From Utricularia gibba (Eukaryota > Plantae > Magnoliophyta), in assembly GCA_002189035.1 (NCBI GenBank), contig CM007991.1, forward strand, positions 744,001 through 808,000: a stretch of DNA of 64,000 bases, read 5' to 3'. Below are positions 51,701 to 64,000 of the stretch, piece by piece (the first letter of the stretch is position 1; every line of letters starts with the position of its first letter). Under the pieces are notes generated by a model. The model had not been told where the DNA came from, did not search any database, and was given only the letters and a program-made list of their open reading frames with translations. The position numbers were made by a program, and so were the translations under genes.

Positions 51701-54700
51701 CCTGCTGAAATTGACTGGAATCATCATTAAGAAGCCTATCTTCGCCAATGTCCGATTCTAAGGAACTTGATGACTCCCCAGAAAAAGAAACTTCACAGCA
51801 TTCTTCCATTTCACTATCAGGACACTGAAGGGCAGAACTTGAGCATCTTGTATGAGTTACAAGATAAAACATGAAAAATCTGTGGAATACCTTCTCATAC
51901 TTTGCAAGAAGTTCTTCTAAGGGTATTTCACTATCCTTCTGCAAGAGCAGAATCTAGAAAAAAAAAAGAACTAGAAATCTTTACGAAATGAAAGCAATGC
52001 AGCATTGTAAGCAAGAACATTTACACCTCACAAAAAGCATCACAGTTCAGAACCACAATTTACCTCATCATCACAGTGATCAGCCTCATTTTTTGCTAAC
52101 TGTTCTTCCTCTAGAATAGTAGTCTCATCATCCTGAATTAACCAGGAAGTTTTGCGTTCATAAAAAACTAGCAGGGCGATGAAAAAACTCCAGTGTAGTA
52201 TAAACACTAGTAAATATTATGAATGGTGATAATTGTAGGAAGATGGTGCAGCAAAGAGCCCAAAATGCCCAAAATTTTCAATTCCATTGAAATACTTCAA
52301 CAGTGTGGTTATATCCTATGAACGTCAGACATGCCATTGACAAAAAAAAAAAAAAAATGAAGTCCTACCAAACTTTGAAAAGAAACTATCAACCATTAGA
52401 AAGCTGTATTAATCTTACCATGCCTTCGTTTTCATACCCATCAGGGAGCTCAAAATCATCGTCCCCCTGTACAAAGACAACAACTCGTTATAAGTTTCAA
52501 TTATATGTAAAAATGGAACATAGGCTGATTTATTATGCCAATAGAAAATTCTAGTGCAGATTCGAAACTCCAGGGTTTTTAAATAAGTAAACACATTGAT
52601 TGCATTTCTCAGTGATGCACTTTCTTACTTGCTCATCATTGTACTCGTGAAGAAGGTGGTTCTCAAACTCAACAAGTTTTGTTGTCGGAGGTGATGATTT
52701 TTTATCATCTGCATCTGAATAATGATTTGTGGAAAGAAAGCCATTGCTTTTGATCTGCACAAATCGGGAATGGGCTTAAGTTGAGAATTAGAATCCCTTT
52801 CATAATTGGCAACAATACACAAGCACATACAACTTACAGCACGGCGACCAAGATCCACAGATTGACTGCCATTCTCGGACACAATTTGCTGTCTTGTATC
52901 AATATGCTCTCCTAAATAGATTAAAAAGGCCATGACTATGAAATTAATTGGTCACCAGTTACAGGACAGTGCAAAGAAATTACCTTCACATTTATCCACA
53001 ATATCTTCTGCAGCATTATCAATCTCTTCCTTCTTTATGCTAACTGTGCACAACAATCAACCAGAAGTTCAACGATCTACTAATAACATTTGCGGTACTT
53101 CTAAGAATATACAATCTATTTCCCAAATCACTCTGAATGCCTGGATCGCTCTTTTGTGGTGATAACAGTGTATATACTCACAACTCTAGCAGGCCTAATA
53201 CTTATTGCTTAATAGTAATCACATTCAAGAACAATATGATGATCATGTTTTTCCAGAATTTGTATCATAACTAGTTGAAACCATGTCGACTGAAAAAAGA
53301 GTACTCTTTCTCCAGGAATCATTGCATGTAGTAAATAAACCAAATTAAAATGTTCAGATTTAATTATTCTATCTGTCTTTTATATGGCTGCCTTTATTGA
53401 AGCTAATGTGGGTCAAAAATTCCCTAAACTTGATAAAGATAAAAGGATGCATGACATACTACCTTCTGTAGAATATCTTTTAAGTAAATCCTCGAGAGGC
53501 AAATCAACTTCTCTCTGCAATGCAGCCAATTCTTCATCTCTCTCTTCTTTGGTAATCAAAGCCTCATCTTCCTCGAGTGTACGCTCATCATCTTCCTAAT
53601 GCCACGAGAAGAAAAATTCCATGGGTAACCATAAATCCCATAAGAGAAATAATTCTACACATCACATGCATGATTAAGGCATGGTTCTGCGACATATAAA
53701 AAGCCCTCTAGAAACAAAAAGACTCATGTGGCATCATCCAATATAAATTATAAATATGCAGACCCGTGCTGTCAGAATTGCTTCGCAAAAATAATCCTGT
53801 GGAATCGAGAACCACATAAAACTGGCCAATTATGCTAAATATCGAAAATATGAGCACCATAAAAATGGTCTATATACCTGGTTCCACAAACAGCGTTTGA
53901 ACAAAAAAAAAATCATTAAAACGCCAAACTTGTGCACAAGCATCTATTAATAGATCAAGAGACATAGCATTCATGTGCAACTGTTCATATTGTAAGAGAA
54001 CTACAAACAAAACACTGATATGCCTATACATATTAAAAGTTGAAAGCCATGACCCACAGTTTCATCACTTGACCCCATAAAATAGTCTTCATCTGCAGCA
54101 TGACCATTTGACAAGGATCCTGGAACCATCAGTTTCATGTTAAATTGTAATAATAATAGTAATAATAACCAAAATAAAATTGCTTTGGCTGGGTACCTGT
54201 GTTTAAGTTAGACGTTTTTTGTTCATTTTCATCACATTTCTTAGAGTCCATAGTGTCCTCACGAGTAATTTGCAGGGATGACGAGTGGTATGCAGGAATC
54301 TCTGGATGAACAAGGTTCTCTGCAAGCATTGATGAGTACCTAAATGTAGGAAGGGAGATGAGCAAGATATGTTGATTAAAAGGGATATAAAACTGGGATG
54401 AAATAAAAATGGTATAGCATGAATCTCCAGTTACACAATAAGATGATATCTACACAAGATACGTACTGCATTATACTTGCTTTCTACCTTTCTGTTTGCC
54501 CTAGAAGGAACTCAAGCTGCTTGTCAAGTGCTTTCTTCTTATTTTCATCCAATTCCAACTGATGCTTGTACATAACCTACATTATAAAATTATGAACTTC
54601 ACAAATACAACGTGGTCAAAGACTTAAATACCTAAAAATGCATTTTATGCACTAAAAAATACCAGCTTCTCTATTTTACTCCAGAATTTTTTTATATCCT

Positions 54701-55607
54701 TCGAAATATTCAATGCAATTTTTCTTAACCTTTGCTCCTCTTCCTGATGAAATACATAACTCAGAATCAGCACAATATATAGAAAAAAAATTAAAATGCA
54801 GCCCAAATGAATCTGGAACACTCTGAAATTGAATGTACAGAAAATGCTTAGACAGTACAACTACTGCAAAATATACCTTTACCCTCTTCTCTCCCCTTGT
54901 AGCAAGGTCAAGCATGCCTTTGCTAGCTCTTGTGGCAACTTTCTTTGCCTGAACCAGTTTCCATCTCCTCTCCGACTGGAAGTCCTGAATCAATTCATTA
55001 AATAACGTCAGTAGCCTAGAACATTAAGGCTGAAAAAATCTAAGGATATGAAGCAGCATGCTTGTACCTTTGACAACCAGACCATCTCTTCTAAAACATG
55101 ATCCCAATGGTTTTTCGGGCGCCTAGGCTCTTTTGGGGATTCAAGGGCCTACACTTTATAATAAAATTTAAAAAAATTTCTGTATATGGGAAGATAATGC
55201 AGTTCTACACGTACAAACTCATTTCTTCAGCAACATCATAGCATCTATTAGCAATCGTAAGAAAAACAAGTGAACATGCCATTTGTATCAATACACAGAA
55301 TACCAGCATTATGACAATCATAGAAGGAAATGTTTTAACTTCCACCTTGAACTCATGCACCTGAATCAGATATTACAAAATGCAGGAAATAGTAACTGTA
55401 AAATCCACATATTTATAGCATGTCCATAATACACCAAGGCCAACCAAATGACTAATAAATTTCAGAACAATGGTTTCAACCATATATCACCAGCTACCAC
55501 AAAATAAAAAAAAAAATCCAAAAAAAAGTAAAAATTGGCATCATCACCTTCTGCCGCCTGGCCCTTGATTCATGGTCAAGACTGGATCTTGGACCCTTTG
55601 AGGCCAT
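45717..55607 (-). CDS. PIE1: SWR1-type chromatin remodeller PIE1 (HSA, split SNF2 ATPase, SANT), apparent 1-nt frameshift at about 46360
   Basis: MASKGPRSSLDHESRARRQK; HSA region HWDHVLEEMVWLSK; GILADEMGLGKT; DEAH; QLRKVCNHPDLF; QAQDRCHRIGQ; SANT WSPTEDAILCAIVHEYGPNW. Confidence 0.96.
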
Positions 55608-57927
55608 GCTTATTTTCCACTTCCTACCACATGATCAATACTGAAGAGGCAAAGGGCACCCGAATGAAGCAATATGGTAAAGCAGAAACACACTATAGAT
55701 TCAGGTAATTTATACCCTGAATGAGCATAATAAGGATGACACTTATACTCAAAGATTATGATCGGAGACATAAAGAAAACGGATAACAGGGGATAGCAAA
55801 CACAAATTTCTAAATCAAATCTGGAATACCCTGCAAATGATTGATGCTTATTCCAAAACTTCACAAAAAAAAATCAGCAATAGAAAATGCAAAACGAAAC
55901 AAATAGCTAAATCTAACTTAATATCTCACTATACTTTAACCATCTCTGCACTTAATGAAAAAATGTACCACAGAACCCTAAACTTCTTGTTATCCCTTTA
56001 ACGCCTGAAAATAGTCAGACTACTGTGTTGCACAGCCTTATTTCTGTGGAAATTCTTACACCACAATTTTTCTAACTCGAAATGACCCAACTTGGGGAAC
56101 TACCAGAGTAATAGTAAAGCACATTAAGAATCCTGGACAAGGTCTGAAGGTGGAAGACTCAGACGACAGGCCCCAGTAACAGGGCAGCAAGGGAAATGAT
56201 AAACTACATTTACAGGAGAGAGGATGGTGCTTTTCAGGTCTGTCCCACTGAAATAATGGAGTCAAAAAGGAAGTAATCCGACAAAAAAAAAAAAAGATGA
56301 GCCAGATAGTATCAGTTATGTGCTCAAGTAATTCTCCAGTTATGTCAACCCAGAAAAGCCTTTGTAAGGTTAAGAAGAGGCCTAGTGAACCTTGAGAGCT
56401 TACTATGAACATGGTGAGCCAAACACGGAACATGCTGGATTTAAAAGCCCTAGAGCAGAGTATTGTTATCTTATATAGACGAGATGAAAATGTGAAACTA
56501 TTATATGACTCAACAGTCAGTTAAGTTTGATCCCAAGGCCCACCATGACTCACAAGTAATTATTCAATGCGCCAACCCAGCAATAAAAATCAACCAAAAC
56601 CACGGGCACACGTATAAGCGTAAGTAACATTCCTATCATTCTTCCCAAGTTAAAACAAAACACACAAACTACAGGAGGTAGACCCATTGCATGGAAGCAT
56701 CATTCGCATAATACGAAACGCAGACTACACTAGCATTTTTCAGGAACATTAAACAAAATGCTCATGAAAAAAAAGTGAACACAGATCATCTGCAGAAAAA
56801 AAAAAAAAAAAAGCACCCATCCTTGAGAACAACGCCGTCTAGGGCACCTCAAAAAACCACAATTCTAAAAATATACAGCAAACTTAGAAGAGAAACATAC
56901 CTTCGCTCCAAGTCCACTAAAAGCATAAACCTTCATCCACGCGGAAACTCAAAAATCTGGTAAACCCAAAACCAACACCGCGTCGGAAGACTTAAAAGGG
57001 TTTCTTCTGCAGCACGCCAAAAAAAAAGAAAAATAGCCGGAAAAGCTTGGGGTTTTAAGGCTCGTCGGGTTTACGACGGACCGCAGATCCGGGAAATCTC
57101 CGAGCGAGAGAAGAGGAATTACGTGACTCGGTGAAAATGAATATTTATTCCATTTTTTAGTATTTTTTTAGCGGAACTTTTCGGGAGGAAAGGGCGGCGC
57201 GGTCACTGCGGTGCGATCAAGAAGACTTTGGGGAGTTTACAGCGTGCGCCTTGGGGAGGGTCGAGATATCCCGCGAACGGACGGCTGAGATTTGTCTACC
57301 GGCGTGGTAGAGAAGATTCTAGGCGCAGGGAGGAATTGTACCGTTGAGTGGGTGGGGGCTTTTTGTAGAATTTCTGTTTTTGTTTGGGCTTAATTCGATA
57401 ATATTTTAAAATTAAAATCATATTCTAAAATGTAATATTAAAATTAATTGGAAGTTAAGCATCCACGATCTAATTTACAAGGCTTTTTTTTCAATCCATT
57501 TAAAAAAGCTCGATCATGATGATATCAAATGTACGAAGCTAGATTTATGACGACATATTTGATGGTATGATAAAAAATAAAAAATAAAAAATATTCTAAT
57601 TTTGGTGTGTATTTTTAATAAAGTATTTATATTATTGTTTATGTTAATTATATATATAAATAAGTTGATTACCCAATAAACCATGATAAAGAGTATCTTA
57701 GATATAGATTATCCATATTGCATTTTGCATCTTGTTTGCTTGTTGGGCCGCGATGAATTGGGCCAAGGCGGCCCGACCCGAAACAATTTTTGTTTATTGT
57801 CAACCTTATTTTATTAATGGCCTAAAATAGATTAGATGACATCATTCATGAAATCAATGGGTACAATCCATGACATGCTACGAGAGGCCTATTGAGCGCC
57901 GTAGATGATGGGGCTTCAAGATCACGT

Positions 57928-58313
57928 TCACTTATTCAGAACTCCCACGTAAGTGTTACTGCGGGGAGGAGGAGGAGTTGTAGGAGTCGGCGGTGGAGCT
58001 CCGGTCGCAGGAGGGGGTGGCGGCGGCGGTGGCGACGGTGGAGTCAAGGGGCAGATCCACGGTGGGACGCGGAAGTTTGGTGGTATAGGGGGAAATTTGC
58101 CGGCAGAGGCGGAAAGGGAATGCATGGGAAAGGAGGACATGGAGCTCCCGGAGTTGCAGGAGTTGCAGGAAAAGGGTTTGGTGGCATGGGACCTGGAGCG
58201 AAAGGGTCCGGCGGAAAGATATTCGGCAGGGGAAATGGGAAAGGAACAGAAAAGCCCTCAGAGCAGGCAACCCAGAGAGCCAAAAGGGCAACCGCCACCG
58301 GAATCCCTCCCAT
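57928..58313 (-). CDS. Secreted proline-rich protein (about 128 aa if one C is restored at 58088-58092), intronless
   Basis: Signal peptide MGGIPVAVALLALWVACSEG; Pro-rich body split across two ORF-track frames (58044..58442 and 57928..58140); TATA box upstream. Confidence 0.8.
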
Positions 58314-58357
58314 GGATGCTGTGCTGCGCTGCATCATCACATGCCACCCTCGGCACC

Positions 58358-58365
58358 TATTTATA
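58358..58365 (-). promoter_or_regulatory. TATA box (TATAAATA) of the proline-rich protein gene
   Basis: Consensus TATA about 45 nt upstream of ATG 58313. Confidence 0.7.
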
Positions 58366-60431
58366 CCCGCAAATTGGATCTCCAAACTGGTAGTTTCCAG
58401 TGAGTAGGGGGTTTGATACTGTGGCGTAGGTATACGCTTCATTAAGTATCATGTGAAGAATATGCTCTCCAGCATTAAACACGATCAAGATTTAGTCTGA
58501 GAGGCATTAAGCGGAATTATTGGGCTCATCAGGTGCCCCAAATCCCAAGGGGGATCACCCCCAGTGACTGCATAATTGGATTTGGAGCGGAAGGCGCGAC
58601 ATTAAAGGCCATTATCGCAAGCTAACATTTCCTGGAAGAATTAAGATCTTCCCTTACTTCTAGGGTGGAGAGGTTAGAAAACAATGGAGTATATGCAGAA
58701 GTCCATGTTTTGTTAAAAGAAAATGAATAAATTGGTTTAGTTTATTAAGAATTATGCATGAGTTTAGTTGAGGTAAGAGATAGTTTGATAATAAAGTATC
58801 AGTATATTTAAATATAATGTAATTGAATATATATATTTATAATATTTAATATTCGAAAATAAAAATTTAAATATATGAATAATATAGATATAATTAGTCC
58901 TTATTCGTCTATTTGTATATTTTAATTGTATATTAATTGTATGTAATTGTATATATAGATATAATATAGTCATATATAAAATTGGTATACATATATTAGT
59001 TATTTAAACATTGATGTATATGTAAACTTGAATATGAATTTTCTATATTATACTATCAAATAATTTTAAATATTTTTAATCACCTCCCATTTAGGATTTA
59101 TTTGTTTCCTTGTTTAAAGTAAATCTCATGTTTTTTTATTTTTCCATAAGTTTTATAAATTTTTATACCAAACATATAAAATATAATTTATATATATTTA
59201 AATATATTAAAACTGATCAACCAAACATGATATAAATGGTTTTAAAATTGGGTTCAATTTATTATTTTATTTATTCATAATTTTATAAATAAGTATATAT
59301 TTAAAATTTATAAATTTAACAAATAATTATTATTAAAAAAATTACATTTTTTTATTTTAATGCCGATTTTAAAACACGTGGAAGTTTATATTATAAACGA
59401 TGTGGGGTTATTTTTTAAAATTAAAATTTTGCGGTAACTTTTGGGATTTTTGAAAAGTGAAGGGGTATTTTTGAGTGAGGGTTCGTGAAATTTGGGGAAG
59501 TAGAGGCACGGGGAACAAAGCAATAAAACTTGCGACACCGAATCACGCCGAACAGCGGAGCGGTTAACGGGTATTTTCAGCAGTGGGATTATACCAAATA
59601 TAAATACTAATCGAACCAGGTATGTGTATATTGAGGGGGTTAATTGCTTTTTCGGGCTTCACTCTGCGTTCTTTCTCGTAGTTTTGGCCGGTGGGGTGGA
59701 ATCCAAGGGTCTTGTTTGGATAGTGCCGTTCAAATGATCTTTGTTGCTGTAATTTTCGTTATTGGGTTTTTCCGAGAGGTTTTCTTTCGGTCTTTTGGGT
59801 TTGATGATCGGATTCGAGGTGTTTCACGGGATTTCTCGTTCGACGCTCTGTTTGGGGTTTGAGGTCTTTCCTTGAATTGTTCATTTGGTGACCAATTGGT
59901 TGTAAGGTTGAAGAGTTTGTGGCCCATGATGGAGGGTGGGTTGGGAATTAGGGTTGCTGTAACACGAATTAAGAGTGCTTGGATCATTTGTTGTGTGGCG
60001 GAGTGCCCATTCGCTAGTATGGAGCTTCTCTAACTTTGTACTGATTTGCAGTTTGCGTCCTCGAATTGATTTAACATTCCTGCTGCATGTATTTTTTTTT
60101 TCTTTCTTGGATGCCGCATTACCCTCTGTGTTTGCGGATGGAATGTCTTGTGTTTAAGGAGTGTTTTTTGTTCAAGTTTCCTATTCGATCCGTGTGAGAT
60201 GGAGTTACTCCATCAATCTTTATCCGGTATTGTGTCTCATTATATTGTATTTCATGGTTCCTTAAGTCCGGTTATGCAAACAAACTAGTCTTTTGGTAGT
60301 ATATGTGTTTTTTTTTTCTGTTAAGTGAATGAAGATTTTAAAATGCATTCTTATTACAGTTCTTGTAATAGTTGTCCTTGGCGCCACATTTGAGAGGCCT
60401 TTTGAGTGGGGAGAATCAACAAGCACATTAA

Positions 60432-63400
60432 ATGAAGCGAAAGGGTGGCAGCAAGAAAGCAAAAGCAAAGAAACCGAAACTGGTTAACACAAATGATGCA
60501 GCATCTGATGGTACTTTCGATATTGAAAAAAAATCAGTTGTGGATGGATCCGAGAATCGAGAGGGTAACTCAGTTGCTGCAGAGACCAAGAAATCTCCAT
60601 CTCCATCAAGAGCCAATGATCAAGAAAAAGTTGGCAGCCCTGATCTTGTAGAACGACCAATTAGTAGTCCCTTTGGTAAAGTAGTATATACACGGGTAAA
60701 GGTGAAGCTCAAGAGCTCAAAAAAATTGGAATCTCCTCCTGTGGTTTCAGAGGCGGCTGCAAAAAGTGATGCTGATAAAAGTAGCCACCAAGTTTCTTCA
60801 GAACAGCCTGTCGGACTTACTGAGAAGCTGGAGGAGAGTTCAGCCACCATGTCTGACACCAACGGAGGTGCATCTACTAATACTACTGATGCTACTAAAA
60901 AGGTATTAGGCATAAAAATCAAGTCATCTAAGGGGACGGGTTCATCAAGTATGAGCCCATGCAGCAACACTGATGTGATTGAAGAGGACCTGAAGGAGAA
61001 GAAAGATATTGAGTCACAGCAGGATTCTAGGCATAATGAGCAAGAGCTAAAACTTGCACTGGAGGTAAGTGCAGTCAGCCCAACTCTACAATACCTGCTT
61101 GGACTCAAGTTTGACTTTTACATGGCTTTTATACAATTTTCCTTTCTCCAGGTAATAAAAAAAGTCATGAAGATGGATGCTGCCGAACCCTTCAATGCCC
61201 CTGTAGATCCTGTTTCTCTTGGAATACCGGTAATCAGGAAGCTCGACTTCTACATTGATGTTCATCGATAGGAAAGCCATTTAGGTTCTGTGTAATGGAC
61301 TTCAAAATGAACAAGTTGGGGACATGAGATTTCAACTTTCATGCCCATTGAAACTATTTTCACGAAAAAAAAGAGCAACAGCTGCTATACGATCACTAAA
61401 TAGTTTTTTATTCTACTTTTTCTTTTTTTATTTTTTATGCTCGGCTGGTTGAACTTATGACTGACTAATTTATTAACGTTACTTCTTGTTACTGCTGATC
61501 ATGCAGCTTTTTTGATAGCATTTGGTATGATTTCTGAAAACAGGACTACTTCGATGTCATTGATACACCAATGGATTTTGGAACTATCTGTCACAACCTT
61601 GAGAAAGGTCTGAAGTACAAGAATGCAGAAGATGTTCTCAATGACGTACGCTATATCTGGGATAATTGCTACAAGTATAATAATAAGGGTGACTTTATCG
61701 TGGAGCTTATGAAGCGAGTGAAGAAGGGCTTCACTAAATATTGGACTGCTGTTGGGCTATTCAGTTATCGAACACAAGAAACTAATGGTAACCATTTGAA
61801 CTTGGCTTGTATTTGTTATTCTAAAAATCCTTTTATGCATATGCTGAGCATGCCTTGTTTGTTTACATTGGAAAAATAAATATTTTCCCATTTATAGAGA
61901 TGAGTCAGCAATACAATATCTTTGGGGTGAAATTAAGATGTTATCCATCCTATGAAACCTAGGTATTTTATATTCAGTTTGCTGTCACACCTCAGTGGTT
62001 TTTGTTGAATATTAATTAGGTTTATCTTCTACAGCTAATCAAGAATTGCACGTTCTCTGGGCATGTTAGTCTGACCTCAAACATCTTTTGATTGAATCTA
62101 ATTTTTCTGATCTTCTGCAGCTCTTGAAATTGATTCCTCAAAGGATCCTACTACACCAACTGAAGCAAGCACTCCTGCCAGTGGTTCTGCTTTGGTCCTT
62201 TCTGGAAAAAAATTCCATGGGTATGAAACTGCTAATCTTGGTTTATGCATTGTTTGATGTAGTGTCCTAGTATATTATCCAACTTGAATGAACACACGTC
62301 ATGGACATACTCTATGTGAGGTTGATTTGGGATGGGAATCACGTGATCTTGAACGTTTGGTGAGAAGCTTGCGATTGTTTAAATGTGTATGATAATAGAT
62401 AGTGTGTCATAGTTATTTTTCATTCAATCTTTTCTCCTAATACTAGCATCCACATTTGCGTGAGGCTACTGAGTGTTATCTGGTGACCAATATATTCACA
62501 ACGTGTGCCTATATGCTCTCATTTGATATTTCTATGTTCCCTCTGTCTGAAGGTTGCAAATATTGCTTGGTTAAACGATTTACAAAGGTGTCTATAATTT
62601 GCAGACTTAAGAAACACAAAGAAGGTTGTCTGTGTGCTATATGTGTGATGATGCGGCGTAGGCAGGAGAAAGAAGAGATTGCTCGCATGATGGGACAAAC
62701 TGATAGTAGTGATGACTCACAAGGCATGGATACTAAGACTGAGGTACTTTTCAGATTGATCAATCATCTTCTTGCTCCAAGTAGTCTGGCAAAGTGCAAT
62801 GGTTCACTATGGCTGATGTTATTCTTTAGTGCCCTTGGATGTGTGTAACTGTATTGCAGTTCATGTAGTGATGTTGTTTCCCTCATTTGATCCACGCATT
62901 TTGTTTTAGGGCGTTTCACTTGGGGAAAGTCCCTTTGATGGCTACACCTCCTCAAACATTGGGAACTCCCCAGATGTGGATGCAGATCAAGAATTGAAAC
63001 TGGGTGACCTGAAAAGTATGTACAACAAGCAAAACACTGAAGTAACAACTTCAGGAAAACAAGAGGCATCTCATGATTTACATTTGAGTCGAAGGTCAGA
63101 GAATGCTATGAATAATCAAGAAAGATCTGGTGGCAGTTTATCCAGTGACGCTCAGAAAGAAACTGGAAAAAAGAGTGATGATGGAAGTCCAGCAATGGAC
63201 CATCAGAGGCCCAAGGTAAAACATGCTATATGTGTGAGTTAATGTTTTCTTTCCAACCGGCATCCAACATTTCCATGTGCATGCATACTGCATCAGAGGG
63301 ATAAATTTCTTTGGTTGTTTGCTGACAGGAACCGTTGGACAAAAACCAGAGAGCAAAAATGCTGGAGAATCTTAGGTATCTCGAGAATCCAGTACTCTTG

Positions 63401-63532
63401 GATCTCTACGGGACCTTATTTTCAAACAAACCCCAGTCTTTCTGGAATGGCCCTCACTCCTTGGTTGGTCATACGAAAGGTACCAATCGCAGAACATCTC
63501 TGGGTTCTGCCATGTCCTCCTTCCTCAAGTAG
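60432..63532 (+). CDS. Bromodomain-containing protein (resembles At1g58025 as recalled), multi-exon
   Basis: VIKKVMKMDAAEPFNAPVDPVSLGIP|DYFDVIDTPMDFGTIC...DVRYIWDNCYKYN; HKEGCLCAIC motif; C-terminal ENPVLLDLYGTLFS...FWNGPHSLV. Confidence 0.9.
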
Positions 63533-64000
63533 CTTCTTCGATCCCCATTGCTAATATTGTGCAGCAATGACTGTTAAAAAGTTTTCAGTTTATGAGTAGA
63601 TTTCATGAGCCTTCTGACATTAATGTTCTCCTGGAAGTTTGCTTACTGACTTCTTGAGCAGCTTGTATGTAGGTAGCATACACCACTTTCTACTCAAAGT
63701 CTAATTTTCAACGCTCACCGATGCATTTTGCATTATTGTTTCCCTGGAAACTTGCCTGCTTTCTTCTGACTTCAGGACAGGGGAAAGCGGCCAGACACTG
63801 CAGCTTTTAGGTTAACTTGGTAAAACATCGTAGAAAATGGGGGCATATAGGGAATTCATTCAAAATATATTTAGTTGACATTTATAAATGAAATAGAATT
63901 ATATAGATTTAATTTTTAAATTATATATTTTATTGTAAATTATTAAAATGACAAAGAAATTTGAATATTTGATTAAAATATTAGGAAAAAATGATATTTC

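Noticed and set aside
58720-59480. AT-rich block with partial inverted repeats, a possible old MITE or MULE remnant
   Set aside because: Low complexity; no definable TIR pair or TSD.

Overview
Gene-dense plant (eudicot-type) nuclear DNA: about 18 protein-coding loci plus a U2 snRNA gene in 64 kb, with mostly 60-110 nt introns, consistent with a very compact genome (species not determinable here). Order: mitochondrial-type PPR (+), hAT MITE, ACA4/11-like Ca2+-ATPase (+), penta-EF-hand CML49/50-like (+), alpha-carbonic anhydrase (-), APC7 (-), FAX1 (-), IQD with a nonsense codon in DUF4005 (-), small MAGLEY-FFPTDF protein (-), PICBP-like calmodulin-binding protein (-), U2 snRNA (+), HCF173 (-), CD2BP2/LIN1-OCRE (-), LNK1-like (+), PHP phosphoesterase with a multi-exon leader (-), actin (-), enoyl-ACP reductase (+), PIE1/SWR1 (-), secreted proline-rich protein (-), bromodomain protein (+). 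Five single-base losses in homopolymer runs break four otherwise intact genes; these are most likely consensus errors. The IQD stop is a substitution and may be real. Gene models were built by hand from splice signals and remembered homologue sequences; no searches were run and family names need confirmation. No prokaryotic or CRISPR features were seen, and I found no clear wholly new system. The best leads are the IQD truncation, the orphan secreted Pro/Cys protein, the PHP leader, the ENR twin-intron motif and the Ca2+/CaM gene cluster.
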